From the NCBI RefSeq assembly GCF_006345805.1, contig NW_021825935.1:1-13972 (forward strand): a stretch of 13,972 nt of DNA. Reading direction: 5' to 3'. This document shows, in pieces, positions 8,721-13,972 of the stretch (the first letter of the stretch is position 1; each line of letters begins with the position of its first letter). The DNA comes from Octopus sinensis (taxonomy: Eukaryota). The translations under genes and the position numbers were made by a program. A model generated the notes under the pieces. The model did no database searches. It was not told where the DNA came from and saw only the letters and a list, made by a program, of their open reading frames with translations.

Positions 8721-8859
8721 ATTTTTATCAGGTTATAGATATAAGTATGTGTATCTGTCTCTGTATATGTGCAAACCTCTGTGTTTCTCAGAGTGTGTGT
8801 GTGTCTGTGAGAGTGTCTCAATGTTAGCGATTTATTTTGTAAAGACCCGCGCTTAATAT

Positions 8860-8948
8860 GAACAACAACAACAACAACAACGATGATGACGACTGCGACG
8901 GAAACAAGAGGAGCAACAACAACCACAACAAAAAACAACAGCAACAAA
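8860..8948. repeat. (AAC)n imperfect trinucleotide tract
   Basis: Direct reading. Confidence 0.85.
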
Positions 8949-9078
8949 AAGAACACTCATGAATATAATACATATATCTCCATATATAATTTGTCGAAGT
9001 TTGAAAGCCACTGAAAACGTCTGGCTAAAAAAAAAAAACCCACCATATACACATAGGCACTCATTCGTGTATGCACGT

Positions 9079-9106
9079 ACACACACACACACACACAACA
9101 CACACA

Positions 9107-9137
<31 letters not shown>

Positions 9138-9140
9138 CAC
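9079..9140. repeat. (CA)n microsatellite
   Basis: Direct reading. Confidence 0.95.
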
Positions 9141-9410
9141 TCATTTGTACTCTCGCATACAATGGCCCTCGAAATGGGCGACACTCGCGAATATAATGTA
9201 CGTACACATCTTCATATACATCTTATACATCTGCAAGATCGCTCGTATATAATAGATAGGTATCTATTGTACAACTACTGAAGTGGTGGAAATCACTAGA
9301 AAACACGTTCGTTTAACAAGTTCTTTTCACTAAAGTATTTGACGATGCTCTCTCTGTCGTGGCTTTTCTTTTTCGCTTTCTATTCTGTTTTTTTCTATGT
9401 TTCTCTCTCA

Positions 9411-9422
9411 TACATATATATA

Positions 9423-9463
<41 letters not shown>

Positions 9464-9535
9464 GTATATATATATATTATATATTAATATATATAATATA
9501 TATATATATATATCTATGTTTGTGTGTGTATGTGT
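9411..9535. repeat. (AT)n imperfect microsatellite
   Basis: Direct reading. Confidence 0.9.
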
Positions 9536-9847
9536 GGATGTATAAGTGTGTGTTGTTTTATTGTTGTAGATGTTAAATGAAAAGAAAAGACAGCAATCGT
9601 CGTATGTTAGTATTGTGTAGTGGGACAGATAGTTTTGCTTTAACTCGAGATACAAGCAAAAGCAGCAAAGACGTGGTTAAATGCTCAAGCACTCTTACTT
9701 GGCGAACGCCTACATTACAACAGAGAAAAGGAAGTCCCAGCCGAGATCTAATTCCCCGATTGCATTTTGCATCTATTTAAGTCGCCCAACCTTTTGAAAA
9801 GGAGTAGAAAACACGAAATGTTCTCATTTTCGTACCAATAGCAATTT

Positions 9848-9920
9848 GTGAAGGCACGTGGTATAGTTGTTAGGGGTGTTGGGCTCACGATTATAAAGTT
9901 GCAGGTTCGTTTCCTGGATC
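9848..9920 (+). mobile_element. tRNA-like head of a third SINE family (SINE-C), body absent
   Basis: A-box-like TGGTATAGTTG and B-box-like GGTTCGTTTCC at tRNA spacing, but no intact cloverleaf; differs from the SINE-A and SINE-B heads. Confidence 0.6.
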
Positions 9921-9981
9921 GTCAATGAAACCAAATGCTGGAGACCAAAGTACCTTCCTGATACCTATTTTATGAACTTTC

Positions 9982-10205
9982 TTATTTATTTATTGCCCTC
10001 AAGAGGCTAAATATAGAGGGGACAGGCAAGGGATTAAGTCGATTACATCGACCTCAGTGCGTAACTGGTACTTATTTAATCGACCCAGAAAGGATGAAAG
10101 GCAAAGTCTACCTCGGCGGAATTTGAACTCAGAACGTAGCGGCAAACGAAATACCGCTAAGCATCTCGCCCGACATGCTAACGTTTCTACCAGCTCGCCG
10201 CCTTA
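9982..10205 (-). mobile_element. SINE-A, full-length solitary copy (3' end type ...TTTAGCC...AATAAAT)
   Basis: Colinear with the array units and carries the complete head ...GCTAACGTTTCTACCAGCTCGCCGCCTT. Confidence 0.93.
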
Positions 10206-10269
10206 ATTTTTTGAACTTTCTGTGGAGAAAAAAGGGGATTAAACAACCCATAATTCCTCTAAGAGAGAT

Positions 10270-10675
10270 AAGCGCAGAGCAGGCTGCGTGCTACGAAGTT
10301 TGCTTCTCAACTACATGGTTCCAGGTTCAGTCTCACTGCGTACGTAGTAGTTTAGGAAAGTGACTTCTACTCTAGCCCTGAGCAGACCAAAGCATTGTGA
10401 GTAGATTTGCTAGACGGAAATTGAAAGAAGCCCGATACGTACATATACATACTTATATATCTGTGTATGTTTGGGGTATGTGTGCGTATGTATCTATGTA
10501 TATGTCCCTTGGTGTTTGTTTCTCCACCTATGTTAACAAACAATCGGTGCTGGTTTATTAACGTCCACCTAACCTAGCGGTTCATATCCGATAGAGTATG
10601 TACCAGGCTAAACTCTTCAAGGCGGTGCCTCGGTATGGCTGCCATCCAATGACTGGAACAAGTAAAATATGATAA
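10270..10675 (+). mobile_element. SINE-B, full length, degenerate internal tract
   Basis: Colinear with 1124-1650: head GGTTCAGTCTC, TTGTGAGTAGATTTGCTAGACGGAAA, TA/TG tract, tail CCAATGACTGGAACAAGTAAAA. Confidence 0.9.
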
Positions 10676-10710
10676 AATATTTCTGTAGTTCAATTTGATT
10701 GAATTATTTT

Positions 10711-11010
10711 TTTACCCTGCGCTTGTAAGCGAAAGCAGAGTATTGCAGTGTGTGTTGTTTGTCTGTGTGTTTGCAAAATTACTGGAAAACGGTTGAACGG
10801 ATTTTCCCCAAATCTGGCGGAAATACTTAATGGGTAAGTGGGTCGAACTCATTAAATTTTGGTTTGGTGAATCAAAATGGTTTGTTTTTTCTTTGTTATA
10901 TATGCATAAACGACAAGCAGGGGAAATTACTCTTGGTGTCATTTGTTGAAATATGAATTCGTTTGAGATTATTAAATGCAGGGTATGCATCGGTTCTAAG
11001 ATGCCTTGTT
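10711..11010 (+). mobile_element. Non-autonomous Helentron derivative (HINE / DINE-1-like)
   Basis: 5' subTIR TACCCTGC (10713-10720) with a nearby partial inverted copy GCAGAGTA (10735-10742), GTCTGT-like microsatellite and core GGATTTTC...AAAT..GG...ATTAAATTTTGG. 3' subTIR GCAGGGTA (10978-10985), stem-loop GCATC/GATGC (10987-11004), end CTTGTT, T-rich flanks. Confidence 0.8.
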
Positions 11011-11306
11011 GTTTTCATTCTTATCGACACCGAAGATAAAGTGCAGTGCAATCAAACCGCTGTAGCCTTTGCAGACTATTCCAGACTATGAAGTCGAATC
11101 AGTTATATTCACCCCTAGGGGGAGTATTTTCGGGGAGTTATAATCCTAGGGTAGGAGGCCTGGGTGAAGTTCTTAGTACGAGGTTTGGTGTACGAGACAC
11201 AGTAAGAATGACGACAAGAAGAGGTCAGACGGCTGTTTGAAAAGACAAGACACTGTTTACTGGTTCGGAGGAATGGCAACCATTGCAAAAGCTATAGAAG
11301 ATAGCA

Positions 11307-11380
11307 ACGGAGGATAGGAGTTATGGATGGACGGAGGATAGGAGGTATGGATGGACGGAGGATAGGAGGTATGGATGGAC
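11307..11380 (+). repeat. 24-bp minisatellite x3 (ACGGAGGATAGGAGGTATGGATGG)
   Basis: Units at 11307, 11331 and 11355; one substitution in unit 1. Confidence 0.95.
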
Positions 11381-11797
11381 TAATGTATCTTGTCATATTT
11401 AATGACTTTCAAGAAAAAAAGTGTAACATTTATAACCCAAGTGAGAGAAAAGGAGGAAGTTATTCTTCAACCGGTGACCTAGTCTAATGATGCTTGTGAC
11501 AGAGTGGACTTAGCTAAAGGCGTCCAGGGGTCATGTGGTGGTGTTAAACCGAACGACAAATTAAGTCTACCAAGCAAGGATTAATCTACCATCGAGGCTT
11601 TAGTTTGCCACCCAAGTAGCGTGTTGGCGAATGGAACTTTACGACTTTACCGACAAATCATTCGGGTGGTCTTTTATTGGCTGTAGTCCAGAATGTTTGT
11701 TTGCATAGCACCGTTATTTTCGTAGATATTTTTAATATATTACTTCAGACATTTACGTTGACAGCTGACAAAAACCTTGTCGCTACTCTCATGATTT

Positions 11798-12021
11798 AAG
11801 GCGGAAAGCTAGCAGAATCATTAGCACGCCGGGCAAAATGCCAAGCTGCACTTGGTCCGTCTTTACGTTCTGAGTTCAAATTCGTCCGTGGTCAACTTTG
11901 CCTTTCATCTTTCGGGGGTCGATGAAAGAAGTAGCACCTGCGTACTAAGGTTAAAGTAACCGACAAGCTCCCAATCCCCTGGAAATTGATGGCTTTGTGC
12001 CAAAACATGAAACCAATATTA
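11798..12021 (+). mobile_element. SINE-A, full length
   Basis: Head AAGGCGGAAAGCTAGCAGAATCATTAGCACGCCGGGC, B-box-like GAGTTCAAATTC (11872-11883), 3' end GTGCCAAAACATGAAACCAATATTA as in 1913-2136. Confidence 0.92.
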
Positions 12022-12117
12022 TCCTGGCTAAGGATACCTGAGGTTTTGACTCTAGAAAACGTTGAGTTCAGTTTGCAGGAAACCTACGTAATCCAGTAAT
12101 CCGATGGTTTATTCGTT

Positions 12118-12300
12118 TATCTTTATTGCTTGTGTCAGTCGTTGCAGTGTGGCCATGCTGGAGGACTACTCTGAAGGGTTTAGTCGGTCAAATTGAGCCC
12201 AGTACTATTTTAAGATTGGTAGATATTTCATAGGTCTTTTTTTGCTGAACCTCTATGTTAATGGTACGTAAACAAACCGACACCGGTTGTCAAGATATGA
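12118..12300 (-). mobile_element. SINE-B, 3' half
   Basis: CAGTCGTTGCAGTGTGGCCATGCTGGAG...TTTTGCTGAAC...GGTACGTAAACAAACCGACACCGGTTGTCAAG corresponds to the reverse complement of 1450-1630. Confidence 0.8.
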
Positions 12301-12339
12301 GTGGAAAGGAAATAGAAAGACATGCAAAATGACGCTCAC

Positions 12340-12493
12340 GCACACAGTCATATGTACACACATATATATACACACATATATATATAAACATTTATATAGT
12401 ATGTCATACATGTGTGTATATATATATATATCATATATACTATATACATATATGTGTGCGTGTATATATATATGTGTATATATATATATATAT

Positions 12494-12551
<58 letters not shown>

Positions 12552-12734
12552 ATATATATATGTAAGTATCTATATGTTCTCTCGCCCAGAGAATGAAATA
12601 TATTAGTAAAATGACGAAAAATGAAATATAGTCACCCACATATGCAAATGATTACAGGCAAAAGTAAACACAACACAATATCCAAATATATATATATATA
12701 TATACATAATACACACATACATACATACATACAT

Positions 12735-12781
<47 letters not shown>

Positions 12782-12862
12782 ATATATAATATATAATATA
12801 TATATATATATATATTATATATATGTATGTATATGTTATATATTTGTATATATATATATATA
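12340..12862. repeat. Two (AT)n/(CATA)/(CA) microsatellite blocks with an AT-rich spacer
   Basis: Direct reading. Confidence 0.9.
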
Positions 12863-13114
12863 ATTCTGTGTGGCGTGAAAGTAATAAGGCTGAAGTAAAA
12901 TAACACAGACAGAGACTAGTGGGGTTGGGAAGGGGGTCGGGTGTTCCTTGAAAGGCCGCCAGGGATGCACTGGAGTGTGACATAGACCCCCCCTTTCCCC
13001 CGTGCCCCCTCCCTACAGTAACCATGAGCATATGGAACCGTATTGTTGTCGCCAATGGTCGACGTGCTTTATGCATTACTTCAGCATCAGAGACTCACAC
13101 AATCCAAAATGTGT

Positions 13115-13322
13115 TTTGTTGTTGCTGCTGTTGTCGTTGCTGCTGCTGCTGCTGCTGCCGTTGTTTCTGTTGCTGTTGATGGCGGCGGCAGTGGTGGTGT
13201 ATGTATGTATATATGTACGTATGTATGTATGTATTGTATGTATGTATGTATGTATGTATGTTGTATGTATGTAAGTATGTATGTGCGTGTGTCTGTGCGT
13301 GTGTGTATGTACGTGTGTGTAT
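13115..13322. repeat. (TTG)/(TGC)n/(GGC) tract followed by (TATG)n/(TG)n
   Basis: Direct reading. Confidence 0.9.
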
Positions 13323-13485
13323 ATAACAAACAAAAACACTACTCGCCATCCTATCCCCCACCAGCATCCTTTACCAAGACGACCACCGTACTACCACCAT
13401 TAAAGACAGACACCACCACCATATAGATGGCGTTTTTCTACCAACAGATGTTCTTGTGGTTGTTGTTGTTGTTTTGCTGTTATTG

Positions 13486-13690
13486 TTTAGCGCCAAGACA
13501 GCCCTGATCGAGGAGACCGATGATCTAAAACTCTCTACCTATGACCATTCCATCTTTCCTTCGTGCGACCTTCATCTCGAGACAACATTATGCAACATCT
13601 CCTTCCTTTTGTTTATATTCTTTCCATTCTAAAAGCGAAATATGAGTTGATGGAGATTTAACTGCCATTTCTAGTAAATAGATCGACCTC
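13486..13690 (+). mobile_element. Copy of unclassified dispersed repeat D
   Basis: TTTAGCGCCAAGACAGCCCTGATC...ATGACCATTCCATCTTT...GAGATTTAACTGCCATTTCTAG; end motifs shared with 467-643 and 215-270. Confidence 0.6.
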
Positions 13691-13882
13691 CTGAGGTTCC
13701 CCAACGGATGTCGTTATTATTGAAGCTGCTTTGCCGCGAATCAGCCCCATCATCAAGAACGTTTTAAACACTCAACATCTCATCTTTATTGGGCCTACAA
13801 TATACGAAATGACCTATCGAAGACTACATTGTTAAATATGTTCTACACATATACATATAGTTGAAATAATTATGGTAAATAT

Positions 13883-13959
13883 TAATTTATTGATATTTCG
13901 AGTCCTTCATTACAATTTTTTGAATTATCTTTTAATAAAACATCTCATCAGATAAACTA
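13883..13959 (-). ncRNA. Candidate minimal type I hammerhead ribozyme
   Basis: Minus strand reads UAGUUUAU-CUGAUGA-G...(imperfect stem II)...C-GAAA-UA-UC-A-AUAAAUUA. All core nucleotides are present, and stem I has 8 bp (one G-U) with one bulged A. Confidence 0.5.
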
Positions 13960-13972
13960 GTCGAAATATCAA

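Noticed and set aside
9848-9920. Functional tRNA gene
   Set aside because: A/B-box-like motifs are present but I could not form the acceptor and T stems; better explained as a SINE head.
11305-11390. Neuropeptide-precursor-like reading (RR-IGGMDG)x3 of the minisatellite
   Set aside because: In-frame TAG at 11302-11304 immediately upstream, no polypyrimidine acceptor and no signal peptide.
11061-11428. Solo LTR bounded by TGTAG...AACA
   Set aside because: No TSD, second LTR, PBS or PPT identifiable; boundaries arbitrary.
13415-13435. CTCF-like ATAGATGGCG (similar ATAGATGGCA at 5641)
   Set aside because: Only the 3' half of the CTCF consensus matches.

Overview
AT-rich, repeat-saturated eukaryotic non-coding DNA (intergenic or intronic). 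The tRNA-derived SINE sequences and the dense (AT)n/(CA)n/(TATG)n/(GATA)n/(CT)n tracts match what I recall of Octopus genomes; this is recognition from memory, not a database search. No ORF in the supplied track looks like a real protein: nearly all are microsatellite or SINE read-throughs. Content: about 16 copies or fragments from three SINE families (A, B, C; working labels of mine), three fragments of a fourth dispersed repeat (D), one structurally complete ~300-bp DINE-1/HINE-type Helentron derivative (10711-11010), a 24-bp minisatellite and one good splice-signal-defined candidate exon (4300-4400). Most interesting: (1) a minus-strand minimal type I hammerhead ribozyme candidate at the window end (13883-13959), enclosed by an inverted repeat that could sequester its core; (2) a head-body-body-body SINE array (7127-7701) with precise, self-complementary junctions and non-identical units; (3) the HINE. 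The remaining findings are palindromes, G4 motifs, hairpins and possible regulatory islands of lower confidence.
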